64,000 nucleotides of DNA, from positions 107,444 to 171,443 of the forward strand of contig CBDEUS010000002.1 of assembly GCA_965243395.1 (NCBI GenBank), read 5' to 3'. The notes below the pieces were generated by a model. That model was given only the letters and a program-made list of their open reading frames with translations. It did no database searches and was not told the DNA's origin. Below are positions 21,020 to 30,950 of the stretch, one piece after another. The number at the start of each line of letters is the position of its first letter. Position 1 is the stretch's first letter. Source of the DNA: Gammaproteobacteria bacterium (lineage in GTDB: Bacteria; Pseudomonadota; Gammaproteobacteria; UBA4575). Position numbers and translations under genes: made by a program.

Positions 21020-21460
21020 CTAAGCTTTGCTAATGCTCGGCGTATCTGCATGAATCAACGATTGAGCGCTATATAGTAAGAATAATACTATTGCCGCCAT
21101 CGTTAGATTTAAGCCAACCCCAAGATAAACTTCGTAATAAACACATAGTGCAGTATCAAAAACCACCCACATAAGTATCGAAACAAGTAACACATTCCAT
21201 GTCCTTTGACTTGGGTTTTCAAAATATTGATTTACAACAAATGTAAATAAAACACCCCAACTGGCTAAAGTTGGACCAAATACACTTAATAAGAATATAG
21301 TGGGGTATGTAGTAGTTCCCGCACCAAATATTAATTCAATACCTTGTTGATGTACTTGTGAAAAAAACGGAAATAGCGTAAGTGCTAAACCAGCAAGCAC
21401 ATGAATTGGTCCTATTATTTTTAGTAGTCGATAAATTTTCATATGTAATAATCTCTGCAA
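21020..21460 (-). CDS. hypothetical membrane protein
   Basis: 146 aa, 4 hydrophobic helices. Confidence 0.5.
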   Translation of the reverse strand: MQRLLHMKIYRLLKIIGPIHVLAGLALTLFPFFSQVHQQGIELIFGAGTTTYPTIFLLSVFGPTLASWGVLFTFVVNQYFENPSQRTWNVLLVSILMWVVFDTALCVYYEVYLGVGLNLTMAAIVLFLLYSAQSLIHADTPSISKA

Positions 21461-21925
21461 TTATAAAAAAGGTTTGGATACCATCAACCAATACAAAACT
21501 AGAACGGAGAAAAATGCGGGAAATCCAAGGCTAAACCAAGTTTTGTAAATCCTATGGTATGAGTCTGGTAACGATTCCCAATTAGCTGTCGCGTATGCAA
21601 TATCTCTCAACCTTGTTTGCATAACTACTACCGGTATCCAGCAAACACCAATCAAAATATACAACCCTATTACAAGATAAAACCATATTGAGTCGAAAGG
21701 ATAATTCAATAAATGCATTAAATGGAATCCAGTAACAGGTTGTATGATTACTGCAGGTGTCGTGAAAATCCAATCTGCAAATACGACAGAGCTAGAAGTG
21801 CTTCTTAATGTATTAATGTCATTGCTTAAATTTGCTCTTACCATGAAGAACGCTGTTCCAAGTCCAGTGCCAAACAATATTGTCGAACTTACTATATGTA
21901 AAAGTTTAAGTATTAAATATTCCAT
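21461..21925 (-). CDS. DUF2269-like integral membrane protein
   Basis: 154 aa, 4 TMs, LKLLHIVSSTILFGTGLGTAFF start typical of that family. Confidence 0.5.
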   Translation of the reverse strand: MEYLILKLLHIVSSTILFGTGLGTAFFMVRANLSNDINTLRSTSSSVVFADWIFTTPAVIIQPVTGFHLMHLLNYPFDSIWFYLVIGLYILIGVCWIPVVVMQTRLRDIAYATANWESLPDSYHRIYKTWFSLGFPAFFSVLVLYWLMVSKPFL

Positions 21926-21926
21926 T

Positions 21927-23036
21927 TTAATGCCTCACAATTTCCCAACTGATATCAAGATGTGCCACTGCATCATCAAATTCATTTAAACTAATCAGCT
22001 CAAAACAAGGCATTGCACCTGTGTGTGCAATATCTTTATTTGCTAATTTTTTTGCGAGAATAATGGCTGGTATTATAGGTATTTCAGGGCCATGTCCATT
22101 TAATGCAGTTAAATACCATGTTAGTTCCTTCAACTTATTATCCTGATCTTTTCCAATTAGATTTATAAACATTCCACCATCCGGTGTTCCCATAAAATTG
22201 AGCACATCGCCAATCTTCTTTATAAGTTTTGCATGTCTATCAGGATTTTTAATTATTCCTAGACGTGATAAGGAAGCTATCAACCAAAATCCGAATTGGG
22301 ACGTTTTCGTTTCAAGAGCAGCATGAAATAAAACCGTCTTTGTATTTGTATACCGCTCAGGGAAAAGACTTAAGTCCGGCACATCGCAAATGCCTAGCCA
22401 TCTTTTTCCTAATTTTGGAAAATCATGTGCATGGATATCTTGCCAACCAAACAACGTTTTCCATTCACCATTAACCCAACATAAAATTGGTTTGCCGCAA
22501 TACGAAAGTACTGCTGCTATCGTTGACTCACCTCTTGGCGCTTTATTCCCGGGAGTGATACAAGTTTTTATTGATTCAATTGAATTAAACTCATGTTTGA
22601 AATGCTTTATAACGGCTGATGACAAACCAGGCAACGTACTGGCGCCCGTAACAAGCAGTACATCTTTATCTTTAGCTTCGTTATTAAAATTCGTAAATCC
22701 TTCTACGAATGATCTTCCATCTGCAAGGTCAATATAGTGGGTTTTAGTTTGGATGCATGCCTCAGCTACTGAATAATCTTGTCCTTGATACGGCCCACTC
22801 GTATGGATCAAACAATCAACATTTAATGACTCAAGCCTTTTAATAAATTCACTGGAATTTTGATCTATGCTTATTGCGACATGGTTGTCTCTATTTTCCA
22901 GCCTTCTTAATAAGGTATTCGCTCTATCTAGACTTCTACCAGCTACGAATAGTTGTATATTCGGATCTCCCGACAAAGCATTACAAATGCGTGTGCCGAA
23001 ATTTCCATATCCACCAAGGACCAAAATCCTATACAT
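21927..23036 (-). CDS. saccharopine dehydrogenase-like NAD(P)-binding oxidoreductase
   Basis: N-terminal Rossmann LVLGGYGNFG, saccharopine-dehydrogenase NADP-binding pattern. Confidence 0.65.
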   Translation of the reverse strand: MYRILVLGGYGNFGTRICNALSGDPNIQLFVAGRSLDRANTLLRRLENRDNHVAISIDQNSSEFIKRLESLNVDCLIHTSGPYQGQDYSVAEACIQTKTHYIDLADGRSFVEGFTNFNNEAKDKDVLLVTGASTLPGLSSAVIKHFKHEFNSIESIKTCITPGNKAPRGESTIAAVLSYCGKPILCWVNGEWKTLFGWQDIHAHDFPKLGKRWLGICDVPDLSLFPERYTNTKTVLFHAALETKTSQFGFWLIASLSRLGIIKNPDRHAKLIKKIGDVLNFMGTPDGGMFINLIGKDQDNKLKELTWYLTALNGHGPEIPIIPAIILAKKLANKDIAHTGAMPCFELISLNEFDDAVAHLDISWEIVRH

Positions 23037-23056
23037 ATCTCAGTGTCACTTCTTTA

Positions 23057-23476
23057 TTAAAATCGATCATTACCTTTAATCTCTAGGTTGTTTATTTTTG
23101 TTTTACCTAAAATTTTTAGTAATAAGTTTCGACAAGAACGTAATACTGGATATAAAAAATATGATCGAGCTTTGGATTTGAATATCCAATAATTTAATCT
23201 ATTGAAAATGCCGGACTTGCTGCTAATTAAAGCCAGCGCATGTATTGCATCTGAGCCATAGAAAATTTTATCATTCATCTTCAGTACCATCCCTTGGTCA
23301 ATGTCTAACCCCATCTTGGTAATTTCCTCACGCACATCACTTTCCTCGCGTGCATCAACTATTTTTAGATTTCCAATATCTTCACGAATGCGAACAACTT
23401 GGCAGTAGTTATTACACGCCGGGCATTCCTTGTCGTACACAAGTAAAATTTCTTCTTTATCCATGATCATTAACAA
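23057..23476 (-). CDS. DCC-type thiol-disulfide oxidoreductase (DUF393)
   Basis: 139 aa, CPACNNYC near N-terminus. Confidence 0.65.
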   Translation of the reverse strand: MLMIMDKEEILLVYDKECPACNNYCQVVRIREDIGNLKIVDAREESDVREEITKMGLDIDQGMVLKMNDKIFYGSDAIHALALISSKSGIFNRLNYWIFKSKARSYFLYPVLRSCRNLLLKILGKTKINNLEIKGNDRF

Positions 23477-24386
23477 TTATTTCTGACACGAGAAACTCTG
23501 CCATCTTTTTAACACCATATCTTTCCAAAGGCTCGAAGTACCACGAAGGATCTAATTTTCGGTCAAACATAATATTCAGCCTGACACGTGTCTCATTTTC
23601 TGAAATTTTTTCAAGTTCAACATGCGTGCCTTTAAAATCAATATAGTTTGATATGTAACTCGTGTCTTTCAAAATTTCTGTCTTTAGGTAGTCATCTCCC
23701 ACATCTGCAATTTTTAATTCTGTATGACCTTCATGAATATTTGTGAAAAACCATTTCTTGTATCGATAGTAAATTTTGTGAACTGCACCTTTGTCTATAT
23801 TTCCGGCCTCTACTTTGTACGGCATTGGGAACATTCTTAGAAACCAATGCCTCTCTTTTTGCAAGTCAATTGGTCTAACCATCCTTTCTTTTATTGTTTC
23901 AATATCAAATGAAACTACTGTTTCAAAACTTACTGTATTATCCCTATCAAAGCTTAAATCTTCATGTGTACCTTCAAACGCAGAAATAAGAACTATTAAG
24001 GGAAGCAAATGCACATATAAACTTCCTTTTCCTTTACCTTTTACTTTTCTCCAAATAAGTTCATAAATAAACCCTAATGTCATCACACCAAAATAAATTG
24101 GCATAAACATCACTACACATAAAAATCCTTCAAATAAAAGGACTGAGCTTCCCAGCATCACAATCAATGAACCTCTTGCAACATTCCAATAACCAGTCCA
24201 CCAATTTTTCTTAGGCTCTTGTCTACTTGTCATCACAGCAAGTATCACTGCAATTAAGAAAGGAGCAGCAACATATAACAATGCAGAGTTATGAAAGTTG
24301 TACCCAATTAATAAACGTACCGCTAGCGATCCAATTGCAGCTAGAAATAATAAAAATAAAATTGTTTTAGTATTCATTTTTCTCAA
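23457..24386 (-). CDS. hypothetical membrane protein with soluble C-terminal domain
   Basis: 309 aa; four N-terminal TMs then ~180-aa soluble domain. Confidence 0.5.
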   Translation of the reverse strand: MRKMNTKTILFLLFLAAIGSLAVRLLIGYNFHNSALLYVAAPFLIAVILAVMTSRQEPKKNWWTGYWNVARGSLIVMLGSSVLLFEGFLCVVMFMPIYFGVMTLGFIYELIWRKVKGKGKGSLYVHLLPLIVLISAFEGTHEDLSFDRDNTVSFETVVSFDIETIKERMVRPIDLQKERHWFLRMFPMPYKVEAGNIDKGAVHKIYYRYKKWFFTNIHEGHTELKIADVGDDYLKTEILKDTSYISNYIDFKGTHVELEKISENETRVRLNIMFDRKLDPSWYFEPLERYGVKKMAEFLVSEIIVNDHG

Positions 24387-25276
24387 CCTATTAGTTGCAA
24401 ATCATCTCTTAGCACTTCAGCTCTCGGGATTCCGATATTGCTTGCGAGATTTAAATGCTTAAGAATTTGGATAACTCTCCATCCTGGATCACATTGACCT
24501 TTTTCAATGCCAATTTGGGCAGATTCTGGAAATGCATGATGATTGTTGTGCCAACATTCCCCATAGGTGGCAACGCCCAGTCCAGGAATATTAGATGCTT
24601 GAACATATGCATCTTTAACCCGCCAATTACCAGGCCCGGGATTGTGACAAAAGTACGTGATTGTCCAGTGACCAACTACGCTGACGGACACTCTTACAAA
24701 TACACCCCATACAACCCAAGACCAACCTCCAAATAAATATAAAGGAACCGCTAAAAGTAGTTGGTGGAATCTCCAGGTTTTCTCCATAAATACAAACCAT
24801 GGATCCTCAGCAATCTCTTTTTCAATGATTATTTTTGGAGGCTTTGCATAGTTAAATTTAGATGTTAACTGCCACCAAATATCTAAAAAGAAATTTCTTC
24901 GATGGGAGAAAAAGTCATGACACTCATTTTGTCGTTGCGCCCAATCCCTTTGATCATGAATACGAATAACGCCAAACGGACCTGCCATGCCAACCAAAAC
25001 CCCAACATATACAAGTAGTCTTGATGCCCACTTAGGAGATTCAAACGTTCTATGAATAAGTAAGCGATGCATTCCAACACTATGCCCAATTAGAAGAGAA
25101 AAGTAAGTTGTCACAACAAATAGTGTAAAAGCACTCCAAGTGAAAGTGATGGGGGCTAATATCACTGCTAGCAATATCATTGATAAATTCCAAGCAGCTT
25201 TTTTAGAATCGATACTAATAGTTCCCTCATTAGCTGAAGCATGTGTAGCCTTAATTCTTAAAACTGGTTTCATCAT
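24383..25276 (-). CDS. membrane fatty-acid desaturase-like His-box protein (paralog 1)
   Basis: His boxes GMHRLLIHRTF and WHNNHHAFP; canonical HxxHH second box replaced by HDQRDWAQRQNECHDFFSH. Confidence 0.6.
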   Translation of the reverse strand: MMKPVLRIKATHASANEGTISIDSKKAAWNLSMILLAVILAPITFTWSAFTLFVVTTYFSLLIGHSVGMHRLLIHRTFESPKWASRLLVYVGVLVGMAGPFGVIRIHDQRDWAQRQNECHDFFSHRRNFFLDIWWQLTSKFNYAKPPKIIIEKEIAEDPWFVFMEKTWRFHQLLLAVPLYLFGGWSWVVWGVFVRVSVSVVGHWTITYFCHNPGPGNWRVKDAYVQASNIPGLGVATYGECWHNNHHAFPESAQIGIEKGQCDPGWRVIQILKHLNLASNIGIPRAEVLRDDLQLIG

Positions 25277-25286
25277 AATCAGTACC

Positions 25287-26267
25287 TCAATTATTTGTAG
25301 CTAATGTTGTCTTGGTGTTATCCAAATCATATTGCCCAGGAAGTTTTCTTTTAGTTATGGATTTAAGTTCTTTTCTTAATGGCATGTCTTCTGGAAGTTT
25401 TATATCCCATACAAGACCAATCTCAGATAAAAACATTAACACCCACCATCCCGGATCAACTTGATCTTCATAAATACCTAATAACGCAGAGCCGGGATAA
25501 GCATGATGATTATTGTGCCAACACTCTCCCATAGTGATCCAACCTGTATATTTAATGTTATATCCTTGAACGGCGGCACCTTCAACTTCCCAATCACGAT
25601 GACCTTCGTTATGTGCAAAGTAACCAATTAACCAATGCCCAGTAACAGAAACACTAACGCGGCAGCAGATGCCCCAAATAACCCAAGAAATACCTCCAAA
25701 ATAGAAAAGTAATATTGCCCACGGTAATTGTTGCAACATCCATGTGTTCTCCATGAATTTATAAACTTTGTCATTTGAAATTCGTGTTTCTGGCTCAAAT
25801 AAAGGTGGGTTATCAAGATTCAAATCACAATGTATTTGCCACCATCCATCTTTAAGAAAACTATTTCCATGACAGAAATAATCATGGCACTCACTTTGTC
25901 GCTGTGCCCAATCTCGTATATCGTGTGTTTTAACCATTCCGATTGGCCCAGCCATTCCTACTAATGTTCCCAAGTGAACAAAAAAATATTCAATCCACTT
26001 AGGACATTCATAACTGTTATGTATTAATCTACGATGCATCCCTAATGAATGCCCTAAACAAAGCGTTGTTGCAGTGAAAATAATAAATACGAAAAAAGCA
26101 CTGAGTGAGAACGTTAAATAGCCACCAACTAATGACGAAACATACATACTTGTAATCCAAATTGATTTTTTGGGTGACCATCTCACTGTTCCATTTATTG
26201 GATTCGCGCCATTCGTATCATTAATTCTTGGCACTCCATTATTTGTATTCATCGTTACACCCCCCAT
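25287..26267 (-). CDS. membrane fatty-acid desaturase-like His-box protein (paralog 2)
   Basis: same boxes: GMHRRLIHNSY, THDIRDWAQRQSECHDYFCH, WHNNHHAYP; tandem paralog. Confidence 0.6.
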   Translation of the reverse strand: MGGVTMNTNNGVPRINDTNGANPINGTVRWSPKKSIWITSMYVSSLVGGYLTFSLSAFFVFIIFTATTLCLGHSLGMHRRLIHNSYECPKWIEYFFVHLGTLVGMAGPIGMVKTHDIRDWAQRQSECHDYFCHGNSFLKDGWWQIHCDLNLDNPPLFEPETRISNDKVYKFMENTWMLQQLPWAILLFYFGGISWVIWGICCRVSVSVTGHWLIGYFAHNEGHRDWEVEGAAVQGYNIKYTGWITMGECWHNNHHAYPGSALLGIYEDQVDPGWWVLMFLSEIGLVWDIKLPEDMPLRKELKSITKRKLPGQYDLDNTKTTLATNN

Positions 26268-27016
26268 TCATTTGTATTAAATTCACGTTTTTTTAAAGGA
26301 AGAATCCACATTTGATAAATAGATGTGAACCACATAAAAGTCGAAGCAGCTGTGTAACCAAAACCACCGATTAAAGTGAACCATGCAAATATTGGAATCC
26401 ATTTAGTAAGCCACCATGACATGACATCTACAATTAAAAACAAGAAAGGTAGAGCGATTGCTGATGCCTTAAGCCAATTAGGAATTCCAACCGCAAAGCT
26501 AAAAATCAATCCTACAAAGAAGAAAATAAATGAAATACCAAACAAATGAATATGTGAAACTCTTGTTAGCGAACCAATAGAAGCACCTTCATCTATTTCG
26601 CTCACAGATTTAACGTTTTCAAACTTAGTAAAGTCTGGTAGTCCAGGTTCTTCATCATGGCAAAAGACACAATTCTTTTGAAAAATAATGTTTATGTTTT
26701 CATTCCAACCTTTTTCTGATGCACCTTCTCTTACCCATTTAATAATTTGTGCGCGATCATGCGATGATGCTTTGTCTTTCATCGAGCCATTTAATTTATT
26801 CTCTAATTTGCTATTTTCACGATTGCCGTAGTAGCTATAGACGATGTCATCTACTGAGACACCAAGCTTTCCATCCGCCATGCCGTGAGTAAGTAAAATT
26901 TGCATTCCTGCCATCAATAACCCCAAACCTATCGCTAATAAATAACCAGTAAATAGCACACGAACGGATAGTGCTAATGATGGTAGATTCATATACTCGC
27001 CATATTTGGTCTTCAT
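26255..27016 (-). CDS. membrane protein with a single CxxCH haem-c motif
   Basis: 253 aa; N-terminal TM, CVFCH motif, C-terminal TM bundle; overlaps desaturase paralog 2 start. Confidence 0.5.
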   Translation of the reverse strand: MKTKYGEYMNLPSLALSVRVLFTGYLLAIGLGLLMAGMQILLTHGMADGKLGVSVDDIVYSYYGNRENSKLENKLNGSMKDKASSHDRAQIIKWVREGASEKGWNENINIIFQKNCVFCHDEEPGLPDFTKFENVKSVSEIDEGASIGSLTRVSHIHLFGISFIFFFVGLIFSFAVGIPNWLKASAIALPFLFLIVDVMSWWLTKWIPIFAWFTLIGGFGYTAASTFMWFTSIYQMWILPLKKREFNTNEWGV

Positions 27017-27186
27017 ATTCTTCCCTTAAAAAATGAGATCTATTAGTTAATAAACTGTGTTCAGCAGGAAGATTAGGGGGCAAACAAGGAAATAACTTCC
27101 CGCTTTATAGAGAAGGAATAGAAATAAAATTTACTGTTGAAAACCAGTAAGTTAGATAATTACTGGTTTATAAAATAGGAATGTAA

Positions 27187-28200
27187 TTAGTCAGATTCTA
27201 GGTTTTTTCTGTAGTTTCCTGGGGACATCCCAGTAATTTCACGAAATGCCGAGTAGAAGTTGGACTGGGACTTAAACCCGTTTGCTAAGCCTACAGAAAG
27301 TACTGATGCATTAGGCTCATTGGTTAGCATATTTTTAGCCTCAGTAACGCGTCTTTCTCTTATGAATCGAGGAAATCCACAGTCATATTGTGTATTGATT
27401 AATTCAGATAATTGATGACTATTAATATCGAGCATTTCTGCAAGCATGCTTAAACTTAGGTTCTCATTTTGATAAACCTTGTCATCATTCATAAGTTTTT
27501 CTAAAGAAGCACGCACAGATTCAACATTGATGCCTCCTAAAGTAGATTTTGCGTAGGCAGCTTCCGTAATTTCAACAATGTCACTTAGCAATTCAGGAAA
27601 GATAATTACCGATGCTGTAACTAATAACATTGCAATCCCTATTGAAGAGGCATATGCGCCAAAAAAGATTGTGTGGTTTATATAAGGCACAGATAAACCG
27701 AGTATCAAAGCTAACAAAGCCATCAACGCAAACAACAAACCAAAGAATATTTCAAATTTGAAACGACTACTCTGAGGGCGTAATTGGAAAATAATTCTTG
27801 CAATCCAAAATGTATATCCTGTTCCAATTAAAAAAGCGATTACCGGAATTATTTTTACAGGAAGAAATAAACCTATAGCGACTGGCACAAAGTGAAGAAT
27901 ATGATAGATGCTTAGCTTCGATTCCGGGAATAAAACTACTCGACTGAAAAAATAAAACGTCATTGGAACAAAAAGCAATAAATATAAATATCCACGATTA
28001 TTGAGTAAATCAGTATCGTTGGAAAAATATAGATAATGCCAAAATTGCAAACCAGAAAGAGAAATCAGCAATGCAACACAAGACAACTTGCTGATGAAGT
28101 TCTTCCTAATATTTGGGAGAAAAAATAAATATGAAAAAAGAAGAATAACTGCGCTGAATATAGAAAACCCAGCTATCAATTGTACAAATGTAGATACCAT
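27187..28200 (-). CDS. AraC-family transcriptional regulator with N-terminal 6-7 TM domain
   Basis: C-terminal AraC HTH (SQSNFYSAFREITGMSPGNYR); N-terminal 200 aa hydrophobic. Confidence 0.7.
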   Translation of the reverse strand: MVSTFVQLIAGFSIFSAVILLFSYLFFLPNIRKNFISKLSCVALLISLSGLQFWHYLYFSNDTDLLNNRGYLYLLLFVPMTFYFFSRVVLFPESKLSIYHILHFVPVAIGLFLPVKIIPVIAFLIGTGYTFWIARIIFQLRPQSSRFKFEIFFGLLFALMALLALILGLSVPYINHTIFFGAYASSIGIAMLLVTASVIIFPELLSDIVEITEAAYAKSTLGGINVESVRASLEKLMNDDKVYQNENLSLSMLAEMLDINSHQLSELINTQYDCGFPRFIRERRVTEAKNMLTNEPNASVLSVGLANGFKSQSNFYSAFREITGMSPGNYRKNLESD

Positions 28201-28368
28201 CTTATTGTTCTTGTGCCCCAGCTAAATATACATCTACATTCTATATGTGATTAGCCGACATGTATTCATCGGATCAATAAATTTAAGCCAAATAAAAACA
28301 GTAGATTACGATTTATATGACTCTTGTTTGAATAATATCCACCGTACTTCCACCAAAGTATTGATTAT

Positions 28369-29151
28369 CTATACCCAAGTGCTATTCAAGGTATCCCTAA
28401 AATAGTTATTTAAACCCTCAGCTTCAGCCTCAGAGCTTTTTTGAGCAAATTTTGTGTCCTCTAATCGATTTAATTCAGATTCAATAAACTCATTTAGTAC
28501 TGTAATCTTTTCTGAAGTATCTTTCTCAAATCCAGATTTTTTTCGCTCTAGCAAGTTATTTATGGCACTAAGAAGCTTATTGTCATCAACTAACTTTTCT
28601 ATTAGTTTGGAAAATTCAGTGGGCACCACGCCATAATCATTTTCTATCCATTGCACTGCTAATAATGGGCGAAGAACATAAAAATATTTTTTTAAACGAA
28701 CTTGTTCTTTCTGCAAATGCTCTTTATATGTTCTTTTAGCCATACTTAAATAATGATAGGCGCATGAAACTGGTGAAAAACTTTTTGGGAGTAAGTTTTG
28801 AAACCCATCAGAAAATTTTTCCTTATCTTTATAGACAATAGGAGACCCTATCCACTCAATCAAAGGTGGATTAGATTTTCGTAACAATCCGAGTGCCTTT
28901 CTCAGATCCCAACCATTTATATCAAGCAAATCATCTATAGGTAATTCGATCACATCTCTTTTGTGTTCAAGATCAATAGATAGATACCACTCAGGTGGAT
29001 GTATATAAATAAAACGTACGTCAAAATCACTATCTTTAGATGCAAACCCCCACGCTCGACTACCCGATTCACAGGCATACAAAACTTGAACATTATATTC
29101 ATCTTCAATTTCATCAAGCTTTTGAAGGATCTCTTCTTTTCTTTCTATCAT
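28369..29151 (-). CDS. Pol-beta-superfamily nucleotidyltransferase (RtcB-associated RlaP-like family)
   Basis: GS...D.D motif in CESGSRAWGFASKDSDFDVRFIY; ~260 aa; operonic with rtcB. Confidence 0.5.
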   Translation of the reverse strand: MIERKEEILQKLDEIEDEYNVQVLYACESGSRAWGFASKDSDFDVRFIYIHPPEWYLSIDLEHKRDVIELPIDDLLDINGWDLRKALGLLRKSNPPLIEWIGSPIVYKDKEKFSDGFQNLLPKSFSPVSCAYHYLSMAKRTYKEHLQKEQVRLKKYFYVLRPLLAVQWIENDYGVVPTEFSKLIEKLVDDNKLLSAINNLLERKKSGFEKDTSEKITVLNEFIESELNRLEDTKFAQKSSEAEAEGLNNYFRDTLNSTWV

Positions 29152-29159
29152 AGGTATAT

Positions 29160-29459
29160 CTAGAAAAAAGTTTTAACAGTTAAAACTATTCCTAAGATTG
29201 GTAGCAATAAAAGCCAAATAATAAATATAGTGGCAATTAATATATTAGCTAAATACGAAGACTCCACTCCTTCGTCTTCCCAATCTTCATCTGCACAAAT
29301 TACAGATACAAAATCTGAATTAAACTCAACATTAGAATGTTTATTATCAATTGCGATATCAATCGCATCTTTTAGTAACATTAAACCATCCTTATTGCCT
29401 GCAATATTATCTTCATATCTTTCACTGTAAATTTTTACCCAAGCTGTTTCATTATACAT
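29160..29459 (-). CDS. hypothetical protein with C-terminal membrane anchor
   Basis: 99 aa, acidic N-terminal part, single C-terminal TM; between the nucleotidyltransferase and rtcB. Confidence 0.4.
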   Translation of the reverse strand: MYNETAWVKIYSERYEDNIAGNKDGLMLLKDAIDIAIDNKHSNVEFNSDFVSVICADEDWEDEGVESSYLANILIATIFIIWLLLLPILGIVLTVKTFF

Positions 29460-29473
29460 TCAACTACTCCTAA

Positions 29474-30670
29474 CTATCCTTTTACACATACAACTTGACG
29501 CAAAGTGTGTTCAACGCTTACTAAATCATTTTGGTTTTCCATCACCACATCAATATCTTTATATGCGCCAGGAATTTCATCTAACACACCTTTGTCTTTA
29601 CGACATTCAACACCAGCCGTTTGCGCTTCAATATCTTCTTCATTGAAATGGCGTTTTGCTTTACCACGACTCATACGTCGACCTGCACCATGCGAACATG
29701 AACTAAATGATTCAGGGTTACCTTTGCCACGAACAATGTAAGATTTAGCGCCCATACTACCCGGAATAATTCCAAGCTCATCCACACCAGCACGAATCGC
29801 ACCTTTGCGTGTAATGTAAACATTTTCACCAAAATGGTTTTCCATAGACACATAATTATGATGACAATTGATGGCTTCTTTAGTGATACCAAATTTCGGT
29901 AACACTTTTTTTAATGCATCAATTATCAAGCGCATCATTTCTTTGCGATTTTCCATTGCGTAATCTTGAGCCCAGTTCACTGCATTTACATAGTCATCAA
30001 AGTGCTCTGCCCCTTCAGTAAAATATGCTAAATCTTTATCTGGCAAATTATGAATATGCTTTTGCATATCTTTTTGTGCTAATCGAATAAAGAATTGGCC
30101 AATAATATTCCCTACTCCACGGCTACCCGAATGAAGCATAATCCATACATCATTATTTTCATCTAAACAGATTTCAATAAAATGATTCCCACCACCAAGT
30201 GTGCCTAGTTGACGCACCCAAGTTTGATAAGGCTTTTTCTGCATCTTTAAAAGTTTGGGGTGTTTTTCTAGTAAGCGATCTAAACCGTCAGATAAAGGTC
30301 GTATAGTTGAATTGCGAGCTTTATCTGACTTATGCATATCAAAACCAACAGGTATTGCAACTTCAATAGCAGTACGCACTTTGCGTAAGTTATCTGGAAG
30401 ATCATTAGCATTCATTGAAAGACGCAAAGCATTCATTCCACAACCAATGTCTACACCAACCGCAGCAGGAATAATTGCACCTTTACATGGAATTACCGAA
30501 CCCACAGTCGCACCTTTACCAAAGTGCACATCCGGCATCGCCGCAATATGACTATGGATAAAAGGCAACTGTGATAGGTTGCATAGTTGCTGGTAGGCTT
30601 CGTGCTCTATGTCATCAGTATAGATTTTTACTCGCACATTACCTTTGGTAATGACTTTTTTAATTGGCAT
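29474..30670 (-). CDS. rtcB: RNA-splicing ligase RtcB
   Basis: 398 aa with RtcB metal/GTP-binding His motifs (HNYVSMENHFGENVYITRKGA, GSMGAKSYIV, SCSHGAGR). Confidence 0.85.
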   Translation of the reverse strand: MPIKKVITKGNVRVKIYTDDIEHEAYQQLCNLSQLPFIHSHIAAMPDVHFGKGATVGSVIPCKGAIIPAAVGVDIGCGMNALRLSMNANDLPDNLRKVRTAIEVAIPVGFDMHKSDKARNSTIRPLSDGLDRLLEKHPKLLKMQKKPYQTWVRQLGTLGGGNHFIEICLDENNDVWIMLHSGSRGVGNIIGQFFIRLAQKDMQKHIHNLPDKDLAYFTEGAEHFDDYVNAVNWAQDYAMENRKEMMRLIIDALKKVLPKFGITKEAINCHHNYVSMENHFGENVYITRKGAIRAGVDELGIIPGSMGAKSYIVRGKGNPESFSSCSHGAGRRMSRGKAKRHFNEEDIEAQTAGVECRKDKGVLDEIPGAYKDIDVVMENQNDLVSVEHTLRQVVCVKG

Positions 30671-30718
30671 ATGTCACCCTAATTAATCTCTAAAATATTC
30701 ATTTCTATTAGAACCATC

Positions 30719-30884
30719 ATGTCGCTTTTTCTTCAAGCAACAATTCTTGAAATCTACGCCCTGATCCACATACACATGGATCATTCCGGCCGAACTTCTC
30801 GCTAAGTTCTTTATTGCCATGAACGATTCTATTTCCTCGTTTAACGTTTGTTTCTGATGGGAATCCTTTACGACGTTTACTCAT
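30719..30884 (-). pseudogene. small SEC-C-motif-like ORF, apparently frameshifted
   Basis: minus strand: [55 protein letters not shown]; the +1 frame after CGSGRR reads [13 protein letters not shown], completing CxCGSG...K.CC only with a frameshift. Confidence 0.25.
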
Positions 30885-30950
30885 ACGCTCAAAAGGATTG
30901 ATCCTTATTTTTAAATTTACACATGTTGCACCTCACATTACTAAACTAAA

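Noticed and set aside
29671-29892. Small minus/plus ORFs nested inside rtcB and other long genes (e.g. 29505-29741, 29671-29892, 30255-30551)
   Set aside because: Fully contained within the strongly supported rtcB reading frame on either strand; no independent evidence.
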